Source of the DNA: a virus
Lineage: Duplodnaviria > Heunggongvirae > Uroviricota > Caudoviricetes
DNA: 64,000 bases
Direction: 5' to 3' (one strand)
IMG/VR virus record: IMGVR_UViG_3300030294_000003
Shown one piece after another: positions 1 to 9,244 of the stretch. Below the pieces are notes generated by a model. That model did no database searches. It was not told where the DNA came from and saw nothing but the letters and a program-made list of their open reading frames with translations. Numbering within the stretch: the stretch's first letter is position 1; the number at the start of each line of letters is the position of its first letter. Made by a program: the position numbers and the translations under genes.

Positions 1-537
1 TTTCAAGACATTATTGATTTCAAACGTAAAAATATGAATAGTGTTATTGTCCTAAAAGGGAACCACGATTTAAGTTACTGGTATTTAAACTATCCAATAT
101 TTAAATGTTCTCGTTTTAGGGAAAGTATTGCGATGGAACTAAACGACCTATATTCTTTCAATAAAGATTTATTCCAAAACGCTTGGCAATATAAAAATGT
201 GGTTGCGACTCACGCTGGAATACAACATAATTGGTTTATAAACGAGTTTAAAGGTGATATCACACTAAACGTAGCTGATCAACTAAATAATCCGAAAGAT
301 GAAAATCAGTTAAATGCATTATATCAAGTTGGTAAAATTAGGGGTGGGTGGAAAGATGTTGGTGGTATATTTTGGGCTGATAAAAGTGAACTTAATAAAT
401 CATTAAAAGGAGTTATTCAGGTTGTTGGGCATAATAGAGTTAAAGATATTTCATATTATATAAATAAAAATTATGGTGAAATATATTTTATTGATTGCTT
501 AGGCTATAAAGAAAACTGTCTAATATTAGAACTATAA
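1..537 (+). CDS. Calcineurin-like metallophosphoesterase (5'-truncated by window edge)
   Basis: Frame is open from base 1 (FQDIIDFKRKN) into the tracked ORF; motifs GNHD, THAG, VVGH, IDCLG. Confidence 0.75.
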   Translation, partial: FQDIIDFKRKNMNSVIVLKGNHDLSYWYLNYPIFKCSRFRESIAMELNDLYSFNKDLFQNAWQYKNVVATHAGIQHNWFINEFKGDITLNVADQLNNPKDENQLNALYQVGKIRGGWKDVGGIFWADKSELNKSLKGVIQVVGHNRVKDISYYINKNYGEIYFIDCLGYKENCLILEL

Positions 538-545
538 TAATAATA

Positions 546-899
546 ATGAAAAAGGAAAAATACCTTGAATATCGTAAAATATTTGAATCTAATTACCTGG
601 GAATGATAAAATTAGGTAAACATGATTTGGGATTCGTTAATTTACATGATTTAAAAACTGGCATTTCAAGGTATAGTGAATTTGTATTTATTTATAGTTG
701 TGATATAAATTGTAATTTTACAAATACAGTAAACTCAATTGATAGAAGAAAAAGGTTCATCACCAAATACGTTAACCATCCAGCAATAAAAATAAAAATT
801 GATTTTGATAACATACATCTAATTGATCGTTGGCCAGAGCGTTTTAAACAAATAACAAAATATTATAAAAATAATAAAATAAATCATGGAATTAATTAA
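546..899 (+). CDS. Hypothetical protein
   Basis: 117-aa ORF tightly packed in + operon. Confidence 0.65.
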   Translation: MKKEKYLEYRKIFESNYLGMIKLGKHDLGFVNLHDLKTGISRYSEFVFIYSCDINCNFTNTVNSIDRRKRFITKYVNHPAIKIKIDFDNIHLIDRWPERFKQITKYYKNNKINHGIN

Positions 900-1209
900 A
901 AATTATTTAGAATCATTACAGAAAATATACGATCATGTTGGGTTTGTAGAAGATTGGGTGATTTATCCTTTAGATGATCAATTAAATAGGTATTGGGATG
1001 AGGATGGTGATAGTGTATATTATGCTGACACATATGAGGAGTTTGACTCTGAAGATGGTGGCTACTATGTTGATGAAATTTACAAGCAAAGATTTTACAA
1101 CCAATGGGTTTATGTTGGTGATGATTTTACAATGATATTTTGTAACCCAGGGGTTGATGGTATGAAATACTTTAGACTATTTGATAATTCAAAAAGAATG
1201 AAAAAATAA
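886..1209 (+). CDS. Hypothetical acidic phage protein
   Basis: 107-aa ORF overlapping upstream stop. Confidence 0.7.
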   Translation: MELIKNYLESLQKIYDHVGFVEDWVIYPLDDQLNRYWDEDGDSVYYADTYEEFDSEDGGYYVDEIYKQRFYNQWVYVGDDFTMIFCNPGVDGMKYFRLFDNSKRMKK

Positions 1210-1221
1210 TAAAATAAATAT

Positions 1222-1611
1222 ATGAATAAAGAATTTGTCTCACTTGAAATTGCAAAGAAACTAAAAAGGCTTGGTTTTACTGAACCTTGTTTTGCTTGTT
1301 ACGATAACTGCGGTATGCTATCAACGTATTCAGATATTTTTAACTCTAAAAACTATAATAGAACTGAAACTTTAATGTGTTCAGCTCCATTACATCAACA
1401 AGTGATTAATTGGTTATACAATGAGTATAAGTTAATTGTTGGTGTTGAAACTGTTTCATTAAATGAATGGAAAGGATTCGTATGTGTTTCAACAATGGCA
1501 TTGGAAGATGTTGTTGAAATTAACGAAACTTATCCCGATGAAGATAGATATAAAGGAATGGAACAGGCTATTAATATCGCATTGGATATTGAAATTTTAG
1601 CATTATTTTAA
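1222..1611 (+). CDS. Conserved hypothetical phage protein
   Basis: N-terminus MNKEFVSLEIAKKLKRLGFTEPC typical of a Bacteroidota-phage family; AP...QVINWL motif. Confidence 0.7.
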   Translation: MNKEFVSLEIAKKLKRLGFTEPCFACYDNCGMLSTYSDIFNSKNYNRTETLMCSAPLHQQVINWLYNEYKLIVGVETVSLNEWKGFVCVSTMALEDVVEINETYPDEDRYKGMEQAINIALDIEILALF

Positions 1612-1690
1612 AATGTGTTTATTTATTTGGTTTATTGAGTATTTATTAATAAATTTGTAACATTAAAAATAATAACAAATAAAACAAACC

Positions 1691-2563
1691 ATGAAAAAAG
1701 AAACCTTAAGAGAAAACATAGCAAAACTTGTTAGAAGCGGAATTCAGGAAATAAAAGAAAAACAATTCATAACTGAAGACCTTATCACATTCGGTAGTGG
1801 AAGACCTAATTACGATCAGGTTGTTATCTTAGCTGGTGGTACGGGGGTTGGTAAAGGATTTGTATTAAATAATCTTGTTGGTATACAGGGGAAAGTTTTT
1901 GATGTAGACCAACTAAAATCTCTTGGTATAAGAAGTAAGTTGATTAAAGACAAGGTTTTAAGTTTAACAGGTAGAGATATTACTGAACTTGATTTACGTA
2001 ATCCTTATGACGTTTCATTTCTACACGATGTATTCAAAGAACTACAAATTGCCGATAAGCAAGTTGAAAATTTATTAAATGCAATGGTTGGAAGAGAAAA
2101 TAAACCTAATTTGATTTTTGATGTTACCCTCGCAAATTTAGCAAAATTAGAATATGTTTCAAATCAAGTTGTTGAATATGGTTATTCAATGGAAAATATT
2201 CATATTGTATGGATAATTAATGATATTGAGGTTGCAAGAGCTCAGAATAAAAATAGACCAAGGGTTGTATCGGAAGCTATGTTTACACAAATTCACGATC
2301 AAGTATTTCTTAGTTTAAAAAATATACTTACAGGTAGATTTCCAATCTTAGATTATATGAGCGGTGATTTTTATATTGTTTTTAACCAAAAGAATGTCGA
2401 TACTGAAATGTCTTTTTCACCAATGGGCGGAAGATATGTAAATAAAACAAACTATATTAAAATCAAAGGAAAAAATAAACCAATGAAAACCATTGATGAA
2501 ATAACCCAAGCTGTTATTGATAAAATAGTTCTTTATTCTGGAACAGACAACACACCGCTATAA
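1691..2563 (+). CDS. P-loop kinase (zeta-toxin/AAA_33-like), probable late protein
   Basis: Walker A GGTGVGKG, VFDVD and LIFDVT segments, ARAQN..RPR lid; TATTTATT at 1640-1647; terminator follows. Confidence 0.7.
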   Translation: MKKETLRENIAKLVRSGIQEIKEKQFITEDLITFGSGRPNYDQVVILAGGTGVGKGFVLNNLVGIQGKVFDVDQLKSLGIRSKLIKDKVLSLTGRDITELDLRNPYDVSFLHDVFKELQIADKQVENLLNAMVGRENKPNLIFDVTLANLAKLEYVSNQVVEYGYSMENIHIVWIINDIEVARAQNKNRPRVVSEAMFTQIHDQVFLSLKNILTGRFPILDYMSGDFYIVFNQKNVDTEMSFSPMGGRYVNKTNYIKIKGKNKPMKTIDEITQAVIDKIVLYSGTDNTPL

Positions 2564-2602
2564 TATCATCATTATTAAAATAAAATATTAAAATTACTTA
2601 AT

Positions 2603-2628
2603 AGACTTGCTTTTGTGAGTCTTTTTTA
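2603..2628 (+). terminator. Intrinsic terminator
   Basis: AGACTTGC-TTTT-GTGAGTCT stem followed by T run. Confidence 0.65.
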
Positions 2629-2707
2629 TGTGTAAAAATAGTATATAATAATTGATGATGATTTAGAAGAAAAATAATTTTCTTACTATTTATAGTAAAA
2701 GAAAATT

Positions 2708-3694
2708 ATGGATAATCTAATAGAACAAACGCATCAAATAAAAATATATGGAAGAAATATTAGCTATTATAAAAAAATTGGGTATAATTGTGTTTATGGC
2801 GAAATTATAACTGTAACCTCAAGTAATCTAAACCCTTCAACATCTGAAAGAGTTAAGTGTGTTTGCTCTGAATGTGGAAAAATTGTGGATGTACCTTTTA
2901 AACAATATATGAACTGTAAAAAGGGATTTGTATGTTCTAGTAAATGTAAAATGAGAAAAACAAATAGAAATTTAAAAGATGAATTTGGGGTTACTAATTT
3001 CTCTCAATTAAAAGAAATTAAAGAAAAAAAGAAACAATCAGCAATAAAAAAATATGGTGTTGATAATATTTCGCAATCTAAAGAAATTAAAGAACAGAAA
3101 AAACAATCTTCACTTAGGGTTTATGGTGTTGATAATATATCACAATCTGAGATTATTAAAAAACAGAAAATCACTACTTGTAAATTACACTACGGTGTCG
3201 AATATGCGCTCCAGTCTACTAAGATTAAGAATAAAATAATTAAGAAATTACAATTAAAATATGGAGACAATATTACTAATATTAGTCAAGTTGCGGAAAT
3301 TATGGATAAAAAATTTTTAACTGGAATATGTGCAAAAAAATATACTCTTCCATCTGGAAGAATAGTAAGTTATCAAGGTTATGAACATTATGGGTTACAA
3401 TATTTGTTAGCCAATGGATATGTAGAAGATGATATTGTGATAGGTAATAAAGAAATCGAAAATATAATAGGAAAAATTATGTTTTACGATTTAAAAGTAA
3501 ATAAGAATAGAAGATACTTTCCAGACATTTATATTAAAAGTGAGAATAAAATATACGAAGTAAAATCAACTTACACAATAAAATTAAACGTTGATTTAAT
3601 TAAAATGAAAGAAGATGCCGTTATCAGAGGTGGCTTTCCGCATGAATTTCTTATTTTTGATGCTAAAGGAAATAGAAAAGAGCATATTATTTAA
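2708..3694 (+). CDS. Free-standing endonuclease: Zn ribbon + 23-aa KYGVDNISQ repeats + PD-(D/E)XK domain
   Basis: CSEC..CSSKC; about five 23-aa repeats; C-terminal RYFPDIYIKSENKIYEVKS. Confidence 0.75.
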   Translation: MDNLIEQTHQIKIYGRNISYYKKIGYNCVYGEIITVTSSNLNPSTSERVKCVCSECGKIVDVPFKQYMNCKKGFVCSSKCKMRKTNRNLKDEFGVTNFSQLKEIKEKKKQSAIKKYGVDNISQSKEIKEQKKQSSLRVYGVDNISQSEIIKKQKITTCKLHYGVEYALQSTKIKNKIIKKLQLKYGDNITNISQVAEIMDKKFLTGICAKKYTLPSGRIVSYQGYEHYGLQYLLANGYVEDDIVIGNKEIENIIGKIMFYDLKVNKNRRYFPDIYIKSENKIYEVKSTYTIKLNVDLIKMKEDAVIRGGFPHEFLIFDAKGNRKEHII

Positions 3695-3707
3695 ATAAAG
3701 TTAATTG

Positions 3708-3741
3708 ACTTGTTTTAACCAATAAATTAAAGTACATTTGT
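3708..3741 (+). promoter_or_regulatory. Bacteroidota-type sigma70 promoter (-33 TTG / -7 TAnnTTTG)
   Basis: ACTTGTTTT...GTACATTTGT upstream of 3767; same geometry at 12 other sites. Confidence 0.8.
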
Positions 3742-3766
3742 AATATAATTTAAATATGTAAAATTT

Positions 3767-4324
3767 ATGAAGTACCTATTTCTTGATTTTGATGGTGTTT
3801 TAAACGTTATACCCGAAGGATTTGATGATTTTGGTTCGATATTTCATAAACATTTTGTGTCAAATCTTAAACGAATAATTGATGAGACTGATTGTAAGAT
3901 CATAATTACATCTTCTTGGAGACAAAGTGGTTTAAAATTTATTCAAGATATGTGGGGATTTAGAAATTATCCAGGGGAAATACTTGATGTGACACCTACA
4001 CTACGGTTACAAAAAGGTGGTTCTATTCAATTTTGGAATGATAAATTATCAAGGCACCCAACAGAATCAATTGGTGGATATTCAATACCAAGAGGGTGTG
4101 AAATAGAATATTGGCTCAATCACGAAAGTGAAAAATTTGGAGAAATTGAATCGTGGGCTTGTGTTGACGACGACACAGATTTTTTATTTAACCAAAAAGA
4201 TAACTATGTTCAATGTAGCGAAAACCATGATCACATAGATAAAATAGATTACGGTTACGGTTTAACAGATATATGTACACAAAAGGTAATTGATATTCTA
4301 AATAATGTTAAAATAATTGCTTAA
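3767..4324 (+). CDS. HAD-family phosphatase (Swiss-army-knife RNA repair-like HAD)
   Basis: FLDFDGVLN motif I, ITSSWR motif II, RGCEI..WL, VDDD motif IV. Confidence 0.8.
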   Translation: MKYLFLDFDGVLNVIPEGFDDFGSIFHKHFVSNLKRIIDETDCKIIITSSWRQSGLKFIQDMWGFRNYPGEILDVTPTLRLQKGGSIQFWNDKLSRHPTESIGGYSIPRGCEIEYWLNHESEKFGEIESWACVDDDTDFLFNQKDNYVQCSENHDHIDKIDYGYGLTDICTQKVIDILNNVKIIA

Positions 4325-4348
4325 ATCGATTATTTAAATTATCTTTGC
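4316..4348 (+). promoter_or_regulatory. Bacteroidota-type promoter
   Basis: TTGC...TATCTTTG upstream of 4375. Confidence 0.7.
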
Positions 4349-4374
4349 ATTATAAAATTAAATAATAACTTATT

Positions 4375-4623
4375 ATGGAAAAAGAAGAAATTAAATGGGT
4401 ATTTGAAGAGGCTAAAATAGTTATTGAAAATAGACCAAGAACATATATTGAATGGTATGAACCTCATAATGTATTGGTTGGTGAAATGGTTCATATGAGA
4501 TATGAACGAAGAGATTTTGGTGGTGGACTTATTAGCTATGTTAACACATATAATAATATAGCTACAGTTGATGAAGGTAAATTTTTCGATGCTTTAGAAA
4601 ATTTATATCAATTAAACAAATAA
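4375..4623 (+). CDS. Hypothetical protein
   Basis: 82-aa ORF after promoter. Confidence 0.65.
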   Translation: MEKEEIKWVFEEAKIVIENRPRTYIEWYEPHNVLVGEMVHMRYERRDFGGGLISYVNTYNNIATVDEGKFFDALENLYQLNK

Positions 4624-4637
4624 AAAGTAAAAATGTT

Positions 4638-4886
4638 ATGGAACAAAAAGTATTTAAAACGGTTGAAGAAATAAAGAATTGGTGGTACACGAACGAAGGT
4701 TCTCATTATAGTTTTAGTGGTTTACTAACTTATGTAGAACGATCAATATGTGAATATCCTGTTAAGCCAAATAAACCTACTCTTTCACAAAAACATTCAG
4801 CTAATATGGCATCAGAATATGCTAAAGAACTATTAGTATATGAGAATGAATTACTTCAATCATATCAAAGTGAATTAAAAAAATAA
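4638..4886 (+). CDS. Hypothetical protein
   Basis: 82-aa ORF in operon. Confidence 0.65.
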   Translation: MEQKVFKTVEEIKNWWYTNEGSHYSFSGLLTYVERSICEYPVKPNKPTLSQKHSANMASEYAKELLVYENELLQSYQSELKK

Positions 4887-4894
4887 TTTATATT

Positions 4895-5308
4895 ATGGAA
4901 AAAATAGATGAAGATAAAACAGATTATTTTGTAACAAGAACATCTTTGACGGATGTGATTGCAACTACCGAATATTTTGAAGCTGTCGAGAATGCTTTAG
5001 ATACTAGGAATGAAGATTCCACATTTTTTGAAATTGATATTAACGGTGGGTTATATAAACATATTTGCCCTGTTTATATCGATGAAATGATTAAAATACT
5101 TACCACTATTAAAGAAGATGGTTGTAATTTCGCCCAAATAGTATATCATTCTGATCATTTGTGTTGTGAGCTTATTGGATTAGAAATTAGACGATCAACT
5201 CCTGATGAGATAGATATGCATATTAAATATGAAAAATCAGAAAAAGAGAAAGAAAAACAAATCATAGAATTAGAAAAACAAATCAGAGAAATCAAAAAGT
5301 CAATATAA
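4895..5308 (+). CDS. Hypothetical protein, C-terminal coiled coil
   Basis: 137-aa ORF in operon. Confidence 0.65.
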   Translation: MEKIDEDKTDYFVTRTSLTDVIATTEYFEAVENALDTRNEDSTFFEIDINGGLYKHICPVYIDEMIKILTTIKEDGCNFAQIVYHSDHLCCELIGLEIRRSTPDEIDMHIKYEKSEKEKEKQIIELEKQIREIKKSI

Positions 5309-5350
5309 ATATATTGATATAGTATTAATTTAAAAAATAAAAAATATAGA

Positions 5351-5980
5351 ATGAATAATTTATTTATAGTTTTCACGGTACTATGCGTACTAACAGTTTC
5401 GGTATTATACATACTTGGGTATTTTACTTTTTTAGTTAAAAAAATTTCCTTGACTAATTGGTTATTTATTGGTCTTGGTGTATTATTACTTTCAAATTTT
5501 ATCTTATTAATAGGTAAAGCGAGTGAGGTGAATGAAAAATTAAATTTAGTCATAAAGGCACCTAAAGAATTTTTAACAACAATAAAAAAAGATTCGACTA
5601 TTTCGGATGCTAAACTATACCAGTATCTTCTTAAAACAAGGGTTGGAAACCCTGAAATTATATTTTGTCAAGCTAAACATGAATCATCTTCTTACAGTTC
5701 ACCTTTATATTTAAGAGCAAATAACTTGTTTGGTATGAAAATATCGAATTCAAGAGTTTGTGTTGGTGGTGCAGAAAGCGGTGAATTTCAGAAATATAGT
5801 AATTGGAAAGAATCGGTAACGGACTATATTATATATGGGTTTGAAAATAATTTAAATACACTTTCACAGGCTGAATATCTAAGATTTTTATCAACAGGTG
5901 TTTATGGTAGTGATCCACAATATACTAATAAAATCAGTAAAATGATCAAAGAAACAGATTTTAAAAAATTAGAAAACTAA
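5351..5980 (+). CDS. Membrane-anchored glucosaminidase-like (GH73/FlgJ-type) peptidoglycan hydrolase
   Basis: Two N-terminal hydrophobic segments; QAKHES, NNLFGMK, YGSDPQYTNKI motifs. Confidence 0.7.
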   Translation: MNNLFIVFTVLCVLTVSVLYILGYFTFLVKKISLTNWLFIGLGVLLLSNFILLIGKASEVNEKLNLVIKAPKEFLTTIKKDSTISDAKLYQYLLKTRVGNPEIIFCQAKHESSSYSSPLYLRANNLFGMKISNSRVCVGGAESGEFQKYSNWKESVTDYIIYGFENNLNTLSQAEYLRFLSTGVYGSDPQYTNKISKMIKETDFKKLEN

Positions 5981-5983
5981 AAT

Positions 5984-6169
5984 ATGGAAAGTAATTTTAA
6001 ATATCATATATTCGAATATCCTTACGGTACAACCCGTTATAATCAAATATTAGAGGATAAATTAAATGAAATGGGAAATATGGGTTATAAGGTTATTTCA
6101 AGTCAATTGAAGCCTTTTAAAAATGTAACAAGTAATGCATATGAAATGATTGTAATATTTGAAAAATAA
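5984..6169 (+). CDS. Small hypothetical protein (DUF4177-like pattern)
   Basis: KY..F.Y....LN.MG..GY.VI pattern. Confidence 0.55.
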   Translation: MESNFKYHIFEYPYGTTRYNQILEDKLNEMGNMGYKVISSQLKPFKNVTSNAYEMIVIFEK

Positions 6170-6178
6170 ATAATTTTA

Positions 6179-6439
6179 ATGAAATTAATAAAGAAGAAAA
6201 TAAAATCTGATAGGGTTATAACTGACTCAATTATTGGTAAGTGGATAAAGTTAACCAAAATATATTTATATGAGCATTACTATGAAACGGATGAATTTTA
6301 TATTGTTACATATAGAGTTTTACCAACTGCTGGTTTAGAATATATGATTGTTCGAAAAGATGATAATATCATAATAAAACAAGATATGCAAGATATGAAA
6401 CTACCTAAAAAAATAATTTCATTATTAGAACAATTTTAG
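6179..6439 (+). CDS. Hypothetical protein
   Basis: 86-aa ORF in operon. Confidence 0.6.
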   Translation: MKLIKKKIKSDRVITDSIIGKWIKLTKIYLYEHYYETDEFYIVTYRVLPTAGLEYMIVRKDDNIIIKQDMQDMKLPKKIISLLEQF

Positions 6440-6449
6440 GGTTAATTGT

Positions 6450-6482
6450 TTTGCTTAAATCAATTAATTTACTTATCTTTGT
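6450..6482 (+). promoter_or_regulatory. Bacteroidota-type promoter
   Basis: TTGC...TATCTTTG upstream of 6532, near-copy of the 4316 site. Confidence 0.7.
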
Positions 6483-6531
6483 ATTATAAAATTATTAAAC
6501 AGATAAAAACAATTTAAAAAATTAAAACATT

Positions 6532-6810
6532 ATGGAGTTTGTATGTGAAGAAATCAGGAATTTGATTATTAACAAGTCATTAGAAAAATACAGTATTACC
6601 GTTAAGGACATTAAAAAGTTTAAAAATGCATCCGTCAACGGTGTTCATTGGCAAGAGAATTATACATTAACAGAAAATGAATATAAAAACTGGTTTCATT
6701 CATGTATTAACACTTTGGAAGAAAAATTTCCTGAAATGCATCCAGATATGGTTAAAACAAAATTCTTATATGAATATGCGTCTGTTTATGCTTTAAAAAT
6801 TGAAGAATAG
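6532..6810 (+). CDS. Hypothetical protein
   Basis: 92-aa ORF after promoter. Confidence 0.65.
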   Translation: MEFVCEEIRNLIINKSLEKYSITVKDIKKFKNASVNGVHWQENYTLTENEYKNWFHSCINTLEEKFPEMHPDMVKTKFLYEYASVYALKIEE

Positions 6811-7006
6811 TGGGTCAGGAGAAATACTATCATAAATTTGATGAACTTACTGATATTTGTTTAATATGTGACATTTCAAAGCGAAAAATACCATATGTTG
6901 GAGACGGTATAACCGAAGAAATTACGGTAAATTTATTACTGAATATTCATTCGATAAAGTAGTGTATACTAAAGAATTTATTAATTGTAAACCAAAATAA
7001 TAATAT

Positions 7007-7279
7007 ATGGAGCTGAACGATTTAATAGGTAAAAACTTCAAATATATCTCCAAATATGGTGATAAGAAGGAATGTGACTGGATTGGAACTGTTGAAAATT
7101 GTATAATAATCCAAGAATGTAGAGGTTCCAAATGGGAAATGTTTAAACCAGTTATTAAAATAAAATCAGTTGCTGGACCAGTATATGAATTAAATGAATT
7201 AATATTTTTTACATTTAAACCCAAAGTAGATACTCATTTGAGTACTGAAAATAAAAATAACTTATTAATAATAAAATAA
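7007..7279 (+). CDS. Hypothetical protein
   Basis: 90-aa ORF. Confidence 0.6.
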   Translation: MELNDLIGKNFKYISKYGDKKECDWIGTVENCIIIQECRGSKWEMFKPVIKIKSVAGPVYELNELIFFTFKPKVDTHLSTENKNNLLIIK

Positions 7280-7297
7280 TAGATTATATAATATAAT

Positions 7298-7561
7298 ATG
7301 ACAGAAGAAAAACTTAAAGAAATGCTCCAAAATAGATATCGCGATACAAAGTCGTATTGGAGTTTAGCACCTGTAGATTCAAAATATGCCGAAATGGTAA
7401 TTGATGTTATGAAAGACGTTTATAATCAGGGCGTATCCGACGCGATAAATAATGCTAAATTAATAGATAAAAAAATAGAATACGATGGTGTTAGGGCTGG
7501 TGGTTATCATATCGAACGTGTTATAGATGAAGATTCAATTTTAAAACTATTAATGTCATGA
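7298..7561 (+). CDS. Hypothetical protein
   Basis: 87-aa ORF, ATGA overlap with next gene. Confidence 0.65.
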   Translation: MTEEKLKEMLQNRYRDTKSYWSLAPVDSKYAEMVIDVMKDVYNQGVSDAINNAKLIDKKIEYDGVRAGGYHIERVIDEDSILKLLMS

Positions 7562-7800
7562 AAAAATTAATACCACTTATTTTTGCTATTTTACTATTTT
7601 CCTCGTGTACAAAGGATTTATCAAAAGTTTATGACTATGAGGTTATTGATACAACTTATGTCGCAAAAAATGGTTATGGAACTATACTCGATTATATAGT
7701 TATTATTAAAATTGATACCACATATTATTCAGCTACTATAGATAATTATAGTAGATTAGTTGAAATAAATAAAAAACTTAAAATTAAAAATCTAAAATAA
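7558..7800 (+). CDS. Putative lipoprotein
   Basis: MKK + hydrophobic core + FSSC lipobox. Confidence 0.7.
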   Translation: MKKLIPLIFAILLFSSCTKDLSKVYDYEVIDTTYVAKNGYGTILDYIVIIKIDTTYYSATIDNYSRLVEINKKLKIKNLK

Positions 7801-7804
7801 AATT

Positions 7805-8053
7805 ATGAATTCACTATCTTATTTATTACGATCTCTTATGGGATTGGATGTTCCAGCTCAAAAAAAATGTAAAATTTGTAAAACTATTATACCATTAAAT
7901 GGTGAACATTTAGATACATATAAATGCTCGGTTAAAACAATTGGTTTTGATGAAACAGGTGTACAAATTGAAACAAAAGAAGATGTTAATTATCGTATTG
8001 TGCAATGTCCTAACTGTTTAAATGAAATTAAATTATATTCACTTCAAAAATAA
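7805..8053 (+). CDS. Zinc-ribbon protein
   Basis: CKIC...CPNC. Confidence 0.65.
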   Translation: MNSLSYLLRSLMGLDVPAQKKCKICKTIIPLNGEHLDTYKCSVKTIGFDETGVQIETKEDVNYRIVQCPNCLNEIKLYSLQK

Positions 8054-8056
8054 TCT

Positions 8057-8296
8057 ATGGAAAACTTCATTGAATTAACTAAATTCGTTGATCGTTTAAA
8101 AAAGATTGGTATTAATCTTAATTTATGTGCTAATTTTCCGTGGATTTATATTGATAAAATTAATAATAAAAAAGTTGTTGAAAAATTCCAAGCAAATCAT
8201 GGTTTTACACTTGGTTATTATCCAATAAAACGTGATGGGGATTTTAAATTTAGTGATTTGAATGAAATATTTAAACTAATTAGAAAATACAAATAA
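8057..8296 (+). CDS. Conserved hypothetical phage protein
   Basis: 79-aa ORF, NFPWIY..ING-like motif. Confidence 0.65.
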   Translation: MENFIELTKFVDRLKKIGINLNLCANFPWIYIDKINNKKVVEKFQANHGFTLGYYPIKRDGDFKFSDLNEIFKLIRKYK

Positions 8297-8299
8297 TAT

Positions 8300-8980
8300 A
8301 TGGAAAATTATAAGATAATCACTGACGAAGTTGCTTTGTGTAATTTTATAGATTGGTTGCCAGAGTTAGAAGATGGGGAGGGATACTATGTTACATTATT
8401 ATGTCGTAATAAATATACCGATAAATTATTAAAAGATAAGGTTCAATTGAAGAGAATAACATCAAATAAAGAATTTTTATTTGATAAAATTAAACAAATG
8501 GAATGTGAACTTGGCACATATAAATACAAAGGTGAACCAATTCCTGTTGAATCAATGTGTTTATATATCACACCAAACCCAAGAAGTTACGAGAAAGCTG
8601 GTAAGAATTTAGCTAAAAAGTTAATAGATTTATGTTTTGATAAATATAGCGGATATAACCCACAAGCTGAAGCATTAACAGCTATCCAAAAAGCTTGTAG
8701 TAGAACTGTTTTTATGGATTTTGACTTTGATAATACAACTATTGAAGAAATGAAGTCAAGTATTGTTGAAGTAATTAACGAGAGTGCAATAACTTTTGTG
8801 CAAACTCACGGGGGATTTCACGTTCTTATTGAAGTATCAAAGATTGAAGATAAATATAAAAAGACTTATTATAATGGTATAACTAAATTACCTAATTGTG
8901 ATGCCAGGGGTGACGGATTACTGCCCATATGTGGCTGTTTTCAAGGAGGAGTAACCCCACTATTAATTAAGGCTATTTAG
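8300..8980 (+). CDS. Hypothetical protein with AEP (primase-polymerase)-like motifs
   Basis: FMDFDFD followed by VQTHGGFHVLI resembles AEP motifs I and II. Confidence 0.45.
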   Translation: MENYKIITDEVALCNFIDWLPELEDGEGYYVTLLCRNKYTDKLLKDKVQLKRITSNKEFLFDKIKQMECELGTYKYKGEPIPVESMCLYITPNPRSYEKAGKNLAKKLIDLCFDKYSGYNPQAEALTAIQKACSRTVFMDFDFDNTTIEEMKSSIVEVINESAITFVQTHGGFHVLIEVSKIEDKYKKTYYNGITKLPNCDARGDGLLPICGCFQGGVTPLLIKAI

Positions 8981-9064
8981 AATAATTTATAAATAACAAG
9001 TTTTTGGAAATTAATTTAAATAAAAACGTGAATAAATTCCATTCCCGTATATTTATAAATAGAA

Positions 9065-9244
9065 ATGAATATGAAAAATAAAAAAACAACAATTAATTTT
9101 ACGATTGATCCAGATCTAAAATATGATTTTATTAAAATTAGTGATGAATTTGGTTTTAATAGATCTAAAATGATTTCTAATTTTATTAGAAAATGGTGTG
9201 AAGAAAATAAGAGTATTAACAATTTAAAGAATGACGAAAGATGA
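9065..9244 (+). CDS. Small ribbon-helix-helix (CopG/Arc-like) protein, not in ORF track
   Basis: MNMKNKKTTINFTIDPDLKYDFIKISDEFGFNRSKMISNFIRKWCEENKSINNLKNDER; TATTTATA at 9050-9057. Confidence 0.75.
   Translation: MNMKNKKTTINFTIDPDLKYDFIKISDEFGFNRSKMISNFIRKWCEENKSINNLKNDER

Noticed and set aside
6810-6962. Possible 50-aa GTG-start ORF (VGQEKYYHKFDELTDICLICD...)
   Set aside because: Fills a gap and has a CxxC, but the start is weak and there is no other support.
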